DNA of 64,000 bases from Halodesulfurarchaeum sp. Lineage in GTDB: Archaea > Halobacteriota > Halobacteria > Halobacteriales > Halobacteriaceae. The notes below the pieces were generated by a model that worked only from the letters and a program-made list of their open reading frames with translations, made no database searches and had not been told where the DNA came from. The stretch lies in contig JBDGUI010000007.1 in the NCBI GenBank assembly GCA_042216015.1, forward strand, positions 71,437 through 135,436. The letters are read 5' to 3'. Positions 28,478 through 38,647 of the stretch are shown piece by piece. The translations under genes and the position numbers were made by a program. The first letter of the stretch is position 1; the number at the start of each line of letters is the position of its first letter.

Positions 28478-29536
28478 ATGTTCGAGAAATCCACCTGGAT
28501 CCGGCTTCCGCGCAACGTGATGGTGGGTCACGACGTGTTGGGTGAGGCCGGGACCGTCGTCCGGGAAACACACCTCCGGGGCCGGCCGCTGATCGTCACG
28601 AGTCCGACGCCGAACTCACTCGTACTCGAGGATCTCCTCGGGACGCTCGAATCGGCCGAGTTCGACCCGGATACCATCGTCGTCGAGGAGGCGACGTTCG
28701 CGGCGGTCGAGCGCGTCCTCGACCGGGCCGCCGAGATCGATCCTGGCTTTCTCGTGGGTGTCGGCGGGGGCAAACCCATCGACCTCGCGAAGATGGCCGC
28801 GGACGAACTGGACGTCGGGTTCGTCTCCGTTCCGACGGCAGCCAGCCACGACGGGATCGTGAGCGGCCGTGGCTCGGTGCCCGAGGGAGATTCCCGCCAC
28901 AGCGTTGCTGCGGCCCCGCCGGTTGCCGTGATTGCGGACACCGGGGTCATCGCGGATGCCCCGTGGGAGCTGTTGACCGCCGGCTGTGCGGACATCATCA
29001 GCAACTACACGGCGGTGAAGGACTGGAAACTGGCCAACCGCCTCAAGAACGTCGAGTACTCGGAGTACGCGGGGGCGCTCTCACAGATGACCGCGGAGAT
29101 GCTCCGGGACAACGCCTCGTCGATCAAGCGCGGCCTCGAGGAGTCGGCCTGGATCGTGGTCAAAGCACTCGTCTCCTCGGGCGTGGCCATGTCCATTGCC
29201 GGATCGTCCCGGCCGGCGAGCGGGGCAGAACACCTCTTCAGCCATCAACTGGACAGAATTGCTCCGGGACGGGCCCTCCATGGCCATCAGGTTGGCGTGG
29301 GATCGATCCTCACCGAGTACCTGCACAGCGGGGCCGACGGGGAGTGGCGAGCCGTCAGGGACGCGCTGGCGAGTATCGACGCCCCGACGACGGCGGACGA
29401 ACTCGGCCTCTCGGATGCCGAGGTCATCGAGGCGCTCACCACGGCTCACCAGATCCGAGACCGGTACACGATCCTCGGGGACGGGATCGAGGAGGCCGCC
29501 GCGGTCGAGGCGGCGACCCGAACGGGCGTCATCTGA
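28478..29536 (+). CDS. egsA: sn-glycerol-1-phosphate dehydrogenase
   Basis: GVGGGKPID, PTAASHDG, SSRPASGAEH..SH, LHGHQVG. Confidence 0.95.
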   Translation: MFEKSTWIRLPRNVMVGHDVLGEAGTVVRETHLRGRPLIVTSPTPNSLVLEDLLGTLESAEFDPDTIVVEEATFAAVERVLDRAAEIDPGFLVGVGGGKPIDLAKMAADELDVGFVSVPTAASHDGIVSGRGSVPEGDSRHSVAAAPPVAVIADTGVIADAPWELLTAGCADIISNYTAVKDWKLANRLKNVEYSEYAGALSQMTAEMLRDNASSIKRGLEESAWIVVKALVSSGVAMSIAGSSRPASGAEHLFSHQLDRIAPGRALHGHQVGVGSILTEYLHSGADGEWRAVRDALASIDAPTTADELGLSDAEVIEALTTAHQIRDRYTILGDGIEEAAAVEAATRTGVI

Positions 29537-29619
29537 ATTTTCGGCTGGCCTAAAACACGCAGGTTCCGCTTGTTCTCAAAGGCGTTTATGGGTTCAGGGA
29601 CTGGGTTCCCGTACCGAGC

Positions 29620-29742
29620 ATGCGTGCAGAAGCATACCAGCAGTGTCGAACCTGTGGGCGAGCGCTCGAGCACTCGACGGTGTACCGAAATCACGCCTAC
29701 TGTGCCCAGTGCGGTCCTGACCTCGGCGGGACAGGGCTGTAA
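29620..29742 (+). CDS. CxxCG zinc-finger micro-protein, 40 aa (absent from ORF track)
   Basis: Translated by hand: MRAEAYQQCRTCGRALEHSTVYRNHAYCAQCGPDLGGTGL. caaaggcgTTTATG lies 30 nt upstream of the ATG. Confidence 0.75.
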   Translation: MRAEAYQQCRTCGRALEHSTVYRNHAYCAQCGPDLGGTGL

Positions 29743-29848
29743 ATTCCCGGCCCCCAGGAAAACAGTTGGTCACGTGCGTGACTCGGGAGCCGCGGGCGAC
29801 GCGTCAGAGAACAACGCTTTTTGCCTCACAATCTCGATATGTGTGGGG

Positions 29849-30904
29849 ATGAATACACCACGAACTGGACTCTCGTATGGAGACGTGTTGCTCCTCCCAC
29901 ATCGCTCGCCGGTCGAGAGCCGCAGCGACGTGGACCTCTCGACGCGGCTAACCCCGTCGATCGACCTCTCGAATCCACTCCTGAGCGCCCCGATGGATAC
30001 CGTGACCGAGGCCGATACCGCCATCGAACTCTCAAAACTGGGGGGCTTCGGGACGATCCATCGGTTTCTCACCGTGCATGAACAGGTCACGGAGGTCGAG
30101 ACGGTCGTTCGGGCAGGAGAGCGGGTCGGTGCAGCCGTCGGCGTGAGCGAAACGTATCTCGACCGGGCCGAACGGGTCCTCGAGGCCGGGGCGTCGGCGA
30201 TCATGGTCGACGTGGCCCACGGCCATCTGGAGAAGGTCCTCGATGCCGTCCGGGAGTTGGCCACTGAATTTCCCGATGTCCCCCTCGTCGCCGGCAACGT
30301 GGGCACCGCTTCGGGCGTGAAGGATCTCTCCGCTGCCGGCGCTGATGCCGCAAAGGTCGGGATCGGGCCCGGTTCACACTGCACGACCCGCGTGGTCGCC
30401 GGCGCCGGCGTGCCACAGCTGACGGCGGTCTCGGACGCCGCCGAGGCCGCCTCGGATCTGGACATGACGATCATCGCCGACGGGGGGATTCGAAACTCCG
30501 GGGACGCCGTGAAGGCCCTGATGGCCGGCGCGGACACGGTCATGATGGGGCGATTCTTTGCCGGGACCGAGGAGTCCCCCGGCGAGGTCGTCACGGTCGA
30601 TGGGGACCGGTACAAACGATCCCGGGGCATGGCCACGACGGCGGCGAACGACGACCGCACCGACAAGGACGGTGCGGAACCGACCGCCGACGAGGGCGTC
30701 GAGGCTCTCACGCCACTTTCCGGACCGCTCGAGTCCGTGAGCCGGGAATTTCTCGCCGGCGTTCGGTCCGGACTCAGTTACGTTGGCGGGGGGTCGATTC
30801 CGGCGGCTCGAAAGAAAGCCGAGTTCATTCAGATTGCACCCGGCGCGAGACGACGGGAGGGAGCCCACTTCGATCACGACTGGGAGACGACAACTGTCGA
30901 GTGA
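29849..30904 (+). CDS. IMP dehydrogenase/GMP reductase family enzyme lacking CBS domains
   Basis: SAPMDTV, DVAHGH, AGNV, GIGPGSHCTTR, ADGGI, VMMG. Confidence 0.88.
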   Translation: MNTPRTGLSYGDVLLLPHRSPVESRSDVDLSTRLTPSIDLSNPLLSAPMDTVTEADTAIELSKLGGFGTIHRFLTVHEQVTEVETVVRAGERVGAAVGVSETYLDRAERVLEAGASAIMVDVAHGHLEKVLDAVRELATEFPDVPLVAGNVGTASGVKDLSAAGADAAKVGIGPGSHCTTRVVAGAGVPQLTAVSDAAEAASDLDMTIIADGGIRNSGDAVKALMAGADTVMMGRFFAGTEESPGEVVTVDGDRYKRSRGMATTAANDDRTDKDGAEPTADEGVEALTPLSGPLESVSREFLAGVRSGLSYVGGGSIPAARKKAEFIQIAPGARRREGAHFDHDWETTTVE

Positions 30905-30973
30905 ACACTCGGCGAAACCCCGGCGCCGCGGCGAATTGAAACCTTTTTTAAAGCGGTCGCCGTGGCCGATGAT

Positions 30974-32032
30974 ATGCGGCTGGCCCTCGTTTCACCGACC
31001 ACCGTCCACCACCGAGATCCGGGGGCGGTGGCGTTCCGCCTCCACCGTCTCGCGACGGCGGTCACGGAGCGGGGCCACGAGGTCGTCTGGATCACGCGAA
31101 AGTGGTGGCAGGGGGAGTTTCAGGACTTCGAACAGGGCGGGATCACCTACCGGGGCATCGGAGACGGGTCGGGCGACTCGATCCTGACTCCGCTCCGGGT
31201 CGCATCAGTCCTCAGAAAGACGGGGGCCGGGATCGTTCACGTCGGCTGTGAGTCCCCACGCTGGACGATGGGGGCCCAACTTGGAGCCACGCTGTCCGGG
31301 GCCGGATTCCTGCTCGAGTGGTATGACCCGCCGGATGCGGAGGGAACTCTCGATGGCTGGCTACGAACGCACACCCTTCGGTCGGCCGACGTCGTCGTGA
31401 CGCCCTCCCAAACCGTCGAGACGGCAGTGCGCGAACGCGGGATCGACGGCCGTCGAATTCGTGTGATCCCCACCGGCATCGACGTCGACCTGATCCGGGA
31501 GACACCACCCGCGGAAAGCGGCGACATCGTCTACTCACGACGCCTCGACGACGGGGCGAACCTCGAGACCCTCCTGCTCGCACTCGCCGAGTTTCGGGAG
31601 TTCGACTGGAATGCGACGATTATCGGGGACGGTCCGCGACGCGAGGCCTACGAACGCCAGGCCACGGACCTCCGGATCGACGACCGGGTCGAGTTCATGG
31701 GTGAGCTTCCTCTCGAGGAGCGGATCGCCCGCTTCAAGGCCGCCCACGTCTACGTTCACACCGCCGAGTACACCCCATTCGCGCACGACCTCCTTCGGGC
31801 TCTCGCGTGTGGCTGTGTTTCCATCGTCGAGTACCACGAGGACTCGAGTGCCCACGAACTGGTCGTCCACGAGGACCGCGGCTTTACGGCCACGAGCCCG
31901 GAGGAACTGACCCGGCGGCTCGCGGCGGCCGGGGACCTCGAATCCACCACTGTCGAGGAGGACTTCCTCGATCTCTCCGAGGAGGCATTTCTCGAGGCCT
32001 ACCTCGACGTGTATCGGTCGATTCGGGCCTGA
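30974..32032 (+). CDS. Glycosyltransferase family 4 (GT-B fold)
   Basis: GHEVVW, VIPTGID, IIGDGP.R, LRALACG. The canonical EX7E motif is degenerate. Confidence 0.78.
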   Translation: MRLALVSPTTVHHRDPGAVAFRLHRLATAVTERGHEVVWITRKWWQGEFQDFEQGGITYRGIGDGSGDSILTPLRVASVLRKTGAGIVHVGCESPRWTMGAQLGATLSGAGFLLEWYDPPDAEGTLDGWLRTHTLRSADVVVTPSQTVETAVRERGIDGRRIRVIPTGIDVDLIRETPPAESGDIVYSRRLDDGANLETLLLALAEFREFDWNATIIGDGPRREAYERQATDLRIDDRVEFMGELPLEERIARFKAAHVYVHTAEYTPFAHDLLRALACGCVSIVEYHEDSSAHELVVHEDRGFTATSPEELTRRLAAAGDLESTTVEEDFLDLSEEAFLEAYLDVYRSIRA

Positions 32033-32152
32033 GTTTCCGCTGGGCCCCGCGAGGGAAGTGGGACGGCGGTGGTCTGGCCGTGCCGATTCGCGCCCGCTGC
32101 TCGCCCGCCGCGTGGTGAAGCCTTTTGGTGACACCGGTCGGCAATACGGGTG

Positions 32153-33160
32153 ATGAGAGAAACTTTTCTTGGAGCTGCTCGGGGGGAGGCCACCGATCGC
32201 CCACCCGTGTGGCTGATGCGACAGGCGGGTCGATACCTTCCGGAGTACAGAGAACTCCGCTCCGGGTACACGTTTCGCGAGGCCATCTCGACGCCGTCGG
32301 TCGCGACGGAGATCACCCTCCAGCCGTTCGAGCGCTTCCCCCTGGACGCGGTGGTCATCTATTCGGACATCCTCGTGGCTCTCGAACCCCTCGGCATCGA
32401 GTATCACCTCGAATCGGGCGTCGGCCCGGTCATCGACGATCCGATCGAGACGCCGGCCGATGTCCCCGCTCGGGCTGAACCGGTCTCTCAACGGCTGGCG
32501 TTCGTCGGTGAACTCCTCGAGCGGGTCTCCGACCACGTGGGGGACCGGGCTGCGACCCTGGGCTTTGCCGGGGGACCGTTCACGCTCGCCTCGTATGCGG
32601 TCGCTGGGGAACCGTCCAGAAATCACGTCCCGGTTCGTGGGTTTAAAGCGGCCCATCCGGAGGCGTTCTCGACACTCCTCGAGACGTTCTCCGAACTCAT
32701 CACGGAATTTCTGCAGTACCAGGTCGACCACGGCGCCGACGCCGTTCAGCTATTCGACACCTACGCCGGCCTGCTCGGTCCGGAGGACTACCGGGAGTAC
32801 GTCCTCCCGCATCACCGGGAAATCCTCTCCTCGGTCGACGTCCCAACGATCGTTTTCGTCCGCAACATGGGTGGCCGACTGCCCCTCCTCAAAGAGAGCG
32901 GTGCCGACGTCGTCGGACTCGACTGGACGGTCGATATGGCCGAAGCACGCTCGGTCCTGGGCGAGACGCCGGTGCAGGGGAACCTCGATCCGACTGACCT
33001 GATGGGCGAACCCGCATTCGTCACCGAGCGAACCCGAGAGGTCATCGAGGCTGCCGGTCCGGAGGGGCACATCCTCAACCTCGGACACGGCGTCGACAAA
33101 CGGACGCCCGTCGAATCGGTGGAGGCCTTCGTCGAGACGGCCACCTCCTGGGAGTGGTGA
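32153..33160 (+). CDS. hemE: Uroporphyrinogen decarboxylase
   Basis: PVWLMRQAGRYLPEY, SDIL, GFAGGPFT, QGNLDP, NLGHG. Confidence 0.95.
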   Translation: MRETFLGAARGEATDRPPVWLMRQAGRYLPEYRELRSGYTFREAISTPSVATEITLQPFERFPLDAVVIYSDILVALEPLGIEYHLESGVGPVIDDPIETPADVPARAEPVSQRLAFVGELLERVSDHVGDRAATLGFAGGPFTLASYAVAGEPSRNHVPVRGFKAAHPEAFSTLLETFSELITEFLQYQVDHGADAVQLFDTYAGLLGPEDYREYVLPHHREILSSVDVPTIVFVRNMGGRLPLLKESGADVVGLDWTVDMAEARSVLGETPVQGNLDPTDLMGEPAFVTERTREVIEAAGPEGHILNLGHGVDKRTPVESVEAFVETATSWEW

Positions 33161-33195
33161 ACACACGACCGACACCTCGAATACCTCCTCGCTCG

Positions 33196-34242
33196 CTATT
33201 CGATCGGCGCGTTGAGACAGTAAGTCCCCTCGGCCTCCCGACACTGGCAGGGCCGAAGCTGGTGATAGGCGGGGGCAAAATCGGCCAAAAACGGTTCGAC
33301 GAGGTCGGCGATGACGGAACCGAGACGCGAATCGTCGTGTGGGACCGGGATCCGGAAGAAGTCCATGCCGAGTGCCTCGGCCTCCTTGCGCAGTTCGACG
33401 TCGAGTTCGTGAAGCGTCTCTGACTGCTCGTGGAGGAAACTCATCGGTTCCACGACGACCCGCTCGGCCTCGACCGATTCGAGGGCCGCCTCGACGTCCG
33501 GCTGCGTCCAGGGAATGTCACGGTTCGCGTGGTTCTGATAGCCGAGCGTGTACCCATCGATATCCAGGAGGGCGGCCATCGTCTCTGCGTACTCCTCGAC
33601 GTACCTGTCGTACCGACTCCCGGATTCGAGGTAGGAAACCGGGGTTCCGTGAGCCGAAAAGAGCAGTTCGGAGTCCGGGTCCCCGAGATCGAGGTCGTGG
33701 TCGACCAGAAATTCCCGCACGGCATCGAGCCGGAGGCGGGTGTAGGTCGGGTGGCGGTGCCAGCCGGTCACCGCCCGCCTCTCGACGGCGGACTTTTCCG
33801 TCTCGAGTTCTCGCTCGAAGGTGTCAACGGCGGCGATGTTCGTCGAGGGCCCGGAGAGGGGATATACCGGCACGACGATCACTCGATCCAGGTCCCGCTC
33901 GGCCATCTCCCTCGCGACGTCTGGAATGAGCGGTTCGGTGTACTGCATCGCGAGTTCGACGTCGACAGCGTGACCCCGATCGTCGAGTTCGGCCTCAAGC
34001 ATCTCGGCTTGCGCCGCGGCCTGCTCGTGGAGGGGCGACCCACCGATCGTCTCGTACTCCTCAATGAGGGCACCGGCCCGTCTTTCCGCCAGTTCACTGG
34101 CCCGCTTTCGGGCGGCCTCTTCGCTGTCGAAGCGCTCGAGACTGGCGTTATCGAGAAAGATGCGCTCGAGAAACGGGATCACCGCCTCGCGGCTCGGTTC
34201 TGCCGGTTCGCCGAAATTCAACAACACGACGCCGCATTCCAT
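33196..34242 (-). CDS. hemH: Ferrochelatase (proto- or coproporphyrin)
   Basis: VLLNFGEP, GGSPL, FSAHGTP, W.QP, EQSETLHELD. Confidence 0.9.
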   Translation of the reverse strand: MECGVVLLNFGEPAEPSREAVIPFLERIFLDNASLERFDSEEAARKRASELAERRAGALIEEYETIGGSPLHEQAAAQAEMLEAELDDRGHAVDVELAMQYTEPLIPDVAREMAERDLDRVIVVPVYPLSGPSTNIAAVDTFERELETEKSAVERRAVTGWHRHPTYTRLRLDAVREFLVDHDLDLGDPDSELLFSAHGTPVSYLESGSRYDRYVEEYAETMAALLDIDGYTLGYQNHANRDIPWTQPDVEAALESVEAERVVVEPMSFLHEQSETLHELDVELRKEAEALGMDFFRIPVPHDDSRLGSVIADLVEPFLADFAPAYHQLRPCQCREAEGTYCLNAPIE

Positions 34243-34337
34243 GACGCGGGTTTGGCGAGGGAAATGGGTATAGTTACTGGAACCGGGAATATCCGCTCGG
34301 TGCTCGATTGCGAATCCCCATGGGTCAGTCGGCCCGG

Positions 34338-35942
34338 TCAATCGTGCCGGAAGGCCCGCGTGCCGGTGAAGACCATCGCCAGGCCGTGGTCGTCTGCGGC
34401 CTCGATCACGCTGTCGTCGTTGACGGAGCCACCGGGTTGAATGACGGCCTCGATCCCTGCCTCGGCCGCGAGTTCGATCCCGTCCGGGAACGGGAAGAAG
34501 GCGTCACTCGCCATGACGCTCCCGGCCGCAGTCTTCCCGTCGGCGTCTCTTTCTGCCTTCTTCGTGGCGAGTTCGACCGCGTCGATCCGGCTGGCCTGTC
34601 CCATGCCGATCCCGACCGTTTCGGTTCCCTCCGCGAGAACGATCGCGTTCGACTTGACGTGTTTTACGGTTTGCCAGGCAAAGAGTAGCGATTCGACTTC
34701 GGCGTCCGTCGGTTCGCGCTCGGTGACGGTCTCGAGGTGTTCCGGTTGCAGAGTCTGTTCGTCCCGGTCCTGGACGAGCCGACCCCCGAGGATCGGTTTC
34801 TCCACCTGTCCGAGCGATGCGCCGTCGAGGTCCCCGACCCTGAGCACGCGCAGGTCCGCTTCCTCCCGGAGAACCTCGAGCGCCCCGTCGGTGTAGGCCG
34901 GGGCCACGACGACCTCTTTGTATGATTCCGTGATCCGGGCGGCCGTCGGCTCGTTACAGGGGCGATTGAGCGCCACGATCCCCCCGAACGCGCTCTTCGC
35001 GTCCGTCGCCAGCGCCCGCTCGTAGGCACTCGAGATGGAATCGGCGACCGCACAGCCGGCCGGGTTGGTGTGTTTGATGACCGCGGCCGTGGGCTCCTCG
35101 AACTCGCGGACCAGGTCCAGGGCCGCGTCGGCGTCGTTGTAGTTGTTGTAGGAGAGGGCCTTTGCGCTCTCGTTCAACTGGGCTGCGTCGACGACGTTCG
35201 CCGCCTCGACACCCTCCCCGTACAGGGCCGCGTCCTGATGGGGGTTTTCGCCGTACCGCAGGTCCCTGATCCGGTCCGTGGTGCTGAGCCGTCGATCGGG
35301 GAAGTCACCGCCACGCTCTCGGAGCGAGAGTTCCCCGTCATCGACGGACGCGCGGCCATCGAGGACCATCTCGATGGCCCGGGGATACGCGCTGAACTCC
35401 CCGTCGTAGAGGACTCGCTCTTTGAGACTCGCGCGGTCGTCGTCCGGGTACACAGGGATCGGTTCCTGGGTGATGATCGGCCCCGCGTCCACGTCCTCCG
35501 TGATGACCGAGCCGTCCTCGGCGACGGCATTTGTGACCACGTGAACGGTACACCCCGTGATTGCCACCCCCGCCTCGAGGACCTGCTCGTGGGCGTTCGC
35601 TCCCGGAAACGACGGCAGGAGCGAGGGATGGACGTTGAGCGTCAGCGGCGCCTCCTCGAGGAACGTCTCCGAGAGGATGCGCATGTACCCGTCGAGGGCG
35701 ACGAGGTTCACGTCGTACTCCTCGAGCACCTGGATGATCTGGCGCTCGTGCTCGCGTCGAGTCATGTCCCCCCTCCGTTCGACCACGGCCGTGTCGATCC
35801 CTCGCTCGGTCGCCTTCTCGATGATCGGCGCGTCTGCGTGATTCGACACCACCACCTCCAGGGTGGCCCCACCCGGCTGTCGATCCTGGATGTGCATCAG
35901 GTTGCGGCCGCGATTGCTCGCGAGTCCGGCGATGGACGGCAT
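34338..35942 (-). CDS. purH: PurN-PurH fusion (GAR formyltransferase plus AICAR transformylase)
   Basis: N-domain GYMRIL, NVHPSLLP.FPG; C-domain LRYGENPHQ, SYNNY.D, KHTNPAG, VKSNAI, SDAFFPF, IQPGGS, R.FRH. Confidence 0.93.
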   Translation of the reverse strand: MPSIAGLASNRGRNLMHIQDRQPGGATLEVVVSNHADAPIIEKATERGIDTAVVERRGDMTRREHERQIIQVLEEYDVNLVALDGYMRILSETFLEEAPLTLNVHPSLLPSFPGANAHEQVLEAGVAITGCTVHVVTNAVAEDGSVITEDVDAGPIITQEPIPVYPDDDRASLKERVLYDGEFSAYPRAIEMVLDGRASVDDGELSLRERGGDFPDRRLSTTDRIRDLRYGENPHQDAALYGEGVEAANVVDAAQLNESAKALSYNNYNDADAALDLVREFEEPTAAVIKHTNPAGCAVADSISSAYERALATDAKSAFGGIVALNRPCNEPTAARITESYKEVVVAPAYTDGALEVLREEADLRVLRVGDLDGASLGQVEKPILGGRLVQDRDEQTLQPEHLETVTEREPTDAEVESLLFAWQTVKHVKSNAIVLAEGTETVGIGMGQASRIDAVELATKKAERDADGKTAAGSVMASDAFFPFPDGIELAAEAGIEAVIQPGGSVNDDSVIEAADDHGLAMVFTGTRAFRHD

Positions 35943-36111
35943 ACTCGGAGGGCCGGTCGCCGATTCCATAGCCGTTATGGTCCGGCACGCTGGCGGTATG
36001 CACGGACGTGATTACATCTCCGCCGAACGGGCCGGATCGGTCGAAATGTACCCACGGACGTGGAACGCCTCGACCGACATTCTTTTGCATCGACCGCGGT
36101 CACAGAGAGGC

Positions 36112-37494
36112 ATGCCGACCGACAGTGGCCCACTCTGGGCCGTCTCGCCTCTCGACGGTCGCTACGCCGACCGGACAGCGCCCCTTCGGGAGTACGCGAG
36201 CGAGGCCGCACTGATGCGCGCCCGGGTGACCGTCGAGGTCGAGTACACGATCGCCCTCGCCGATCTGGACGAGACACCACTCGAGATCGAGGAGGACCTC
36301 CGTGACTCGATGCGAGGGGAATACACCGCCTTCGACGACAGCGATGCCCAGCTTATCAAGGACATCGAGACGACCGGGGCGAAGGGATACGCGGCGACGA
36401 ACCACGACGTGAAGGCCGTGGAGTACTTCCTCAGGGAGCAAACGCCGGAGCGGATCCACCCCTGGCTTCACTTCGGGCTGACCAGCGAGGACGTGACGAA
36501 TCTCGCCTACCGACTCCTGGTCGGGGACGCCATGCAGGAGGTTATCCTGCCCGAACTCCGCTCGATCCGGGAGACACTGTCCGGGCTCGCAGGAGAGTAC
36601 GCCGACCTGCCGATGCTGGCCCGCACCCACGGCCAACCGGCGACGCCGACCACGTTCGGCAAGGAGATGGCCGTGTTCGTGAATCGCCTGGGGACCACGA
36701 TCGAAGCCGTCGAAACGGCCACGGGCGACCTCGCGGGCAAACTCGGCGGGGCGACGGGCACGTTCGGCGCGCACGCGGTGGCCTTTCCCGAGGTGGACTG
36801 GTCGGGCTTCGCCCGCGCGTTCGTCACGGGACTGGGTCTGAAATACGCGGGAGTGACCACCCAGGTCAATCCCGGTGACGACCTCGCGGGACTCTTCGAC
36901 GCGCTTGCCAGAGCGAACCGCGTGCTCATCGACCTCGATCAGGACGTCTGGCAGTACGTCAGCCACGGCTATCTCGGTCAGAAGGCCACCGCGGGGGAAA
37001 CCGGCTCCTCGACGATGCCCCACAAGGTCAACCCGATCGACTTCGAGAACAGTGAGGGCAACCTCTCGCGGGCCAACAGCGATCTCTCGTTTCTCGCCGA
37101 GACCATCCCGACCTCTCGCATGCAGCGGGACCTCTCCGATTCGACGGTGAAGCGGAACATGGGGGTCGCGCTCGCGCACTCGCTCATCGGCCATTCGAAA
37201 CTCCAGACGGGACTCGAGAAGGTGGTGCCCAGGGAGTCGGTCATGCTGGAGGATCTCCGGGCGAATCCTGCCGTCATCGGCGAAGGGATCCAGACGGTTC
37301 TCCGACGGGAGGGGAACCCGGACGCCTACGAACTCGTGAAGGAGGCGACTCGTGGCGAATCGGTATCGCTTGGCGATTTCGAGGCGCTCATCGAGGACCT
37401 CGACGTCTCGGAGGAGACGAAAGCGGAATTGCGGGAACTCTCCCCGGAAACCTACACCGGGATCGCGGCGCAGTTGGCTCGCGATCAGGAGTGA
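36112..37494 (+). CDS. purB: Adenylosuccinate lyase
   Basis: SPLDGRY, TNHDVKAVEY, ARTHGQ, GSSTMPHKVNPIDFENSEGN. Confidence 0.96.
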   Translation: MPTDSGPLWAVSPLDGRYADRTAPLREYASEAALMRARVTVEVEYTIALADLDETPLEIEEDLRDSMRGEYTAFDDSDAQLIKDIETTGAKGYAATNHDVKAVEYFLREQTPERIHPWLHFGLTSEDVTNLAYRLLVGDAMQEVILPELRSIRETLSGLAGEYADLPMLARTHGQPATPTTFGKEMAVFVNRLGTTIEAVETATGDLAGKLGGATGTFGAHAVAFPEVDWSGFARAFVTGLGLKYAGVTTQVNPGDDLAGLFDALARANRVLIDLDQDVWQYVSHGYLGQKATAGETGSSTMPHKVNPIDFENSEGNLSRANSDLSFLAETIPTSRMQRDLSDSTVKRNMGVALAHSLIGHSKLQTGLEKVVPRESVMLEDLRANPAVIGEGIQTVLRREGNPDAYELVKEATRGESVSLGDFEALIEDLDVSEETKAELRELSPETYTGIAAQLARDQE

Positions 37495-37579
37495 GCAGTG
37501 CGGATGCTCCCCCTCGATCAGGGGTGTTCAGGACGGGTTCTTCTCGCCGATCGGAGCCCATCTCTATTTCGCTGCTCGA

Positions 37580-38647
37580 TCAGCACACGAGGTCGGTCAG
37601 CGCCTCAGTGAGGATATCCACGGCTCGGCGCACGTCCTTCATCCGCACGTATTCCCGTTCGCTGTGCGCCACCGGCCCCTCCTCGTCGGAGAGGTCGCCG
37701 GGACCGAAAACCACGGTCGGGGCGATGTCGGCGAAGTAGGCCGCTTCGGTGGCCGCACCGAAGGGACGGGCGTCGCCAGCGCCTGCCTCGAGCAAGGCCA
37801 GGGAGACGGCAGAATCCGGGTCCGTCTCGAAACCGGAGAGAAACGGCGTGTCGCGCTCGGCCCGAGAAACCGTCACTTCGAGATCCTTCGACACCCGTTC
37901 TGCGAGGTGGCTCTCGAACGCCTCGAAGAATGCCGACTCGGTCTCCGGCGGGACGGTCCGCCGGTCGAAGGTCACCTCGACTGCCGCCGGGATCCGGTTA
38001 CCCGCCTCGCCCCCGGAGACGAGGGTGGGCGTCAGCGTCGGCGCGCCGAGCCGGGGATGGGCGTCGATACCCCGTTCCGTATCGTAGGTTTCCATTCCCT
38101 CGAGGACGGCTCTCAATCCCGAAATCGCGTTGACCCCCGCGTCCGGGTCGGCAGCGTGAGCGCCCTTCCCGTGCAGGCTGACGGTCCCCTGGAACCGACC
38201 CCGTGCGCCGATGCAGACGGCAAGCCCCGTGGGTTCGCCAACGATGAACCCATCGGCGGCAAGATCCAGCGCCGCGGCGCCGGTCGAAGCGCGCTCCTCG
38301 TCCGGCGTCACGACGAGGGTCACCCGACCTCGGGAGGGGTCCACCGCCAGAAATGCGGCCAGCATCGCCGCGAGGGGTCCCTTGGCGTCGCACGATCCGC
38401 GACCCCGGATTTCGTTCTCAGTGCGCTCGAGCGGGTGGTGGGGTGGCACGGTGTCCAGGTGCGTGTTGAGCACGATATGCGGATTGCCTGCCCCTCTCTC
38501 GGCGAGGACGTTTCCCAGTTCGTCGACCTGCGGATCGAGACCCGCCTCCTGTAGCGTGTCGACGAGCAACTCCCGCATCTCGTCCACGGACTCGTGAGAG
38601 GGCGTCTCGACGGCCGATTCGAGGAACTCGATGGGGTCGACACTCAT
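37580..38647 (-). CDS. dapE: M20 metallopeptidase, probable succinyl-diaminopimelate desuccinylase
   Basis: NTHLDTV, GRGSCDAKG, DEE, GEPT, AHS..E; last gene of the dap operon. Confidence 0.8.
   Translation of the reverse strand: MSVDPIEFLESAVETPSHESVDEMRELLVDTLQEAGLDPQVDELGNVLAERGAGNPHIVLNTHLDTVPPHHPLERTENEIRGRGSCDAKGPLAAMLAAFLAVDPSRGRVTLVVTPDEERASTGAAALDLAADGFIVGEPTGLAVCIGARGRFQGTVSLHGKGAHAADPDAGVNAISGLRAVLEGMETYDTERGIDAHPRLGAPTLTPTLVSGGEAGNRIPAAVEVTFDRRTVPPETESAFFEAFESHLAERVSKDLEVTVSRAERDTPFLSGFETDPDSAVSLALLEAGAGDARPFGAATEAAYFADIAPTVVFGPGDLSDEEGPVAHSEREYVRMKDVRRAVDILTEALTDLVC

Noticed and set aside
34338..35942. PurN-PurH fusion as a novelty
   Set aside because: This is the known haloarchaeal arrangement; the cyclohydrolase step is supplied by PurO elsewhere.
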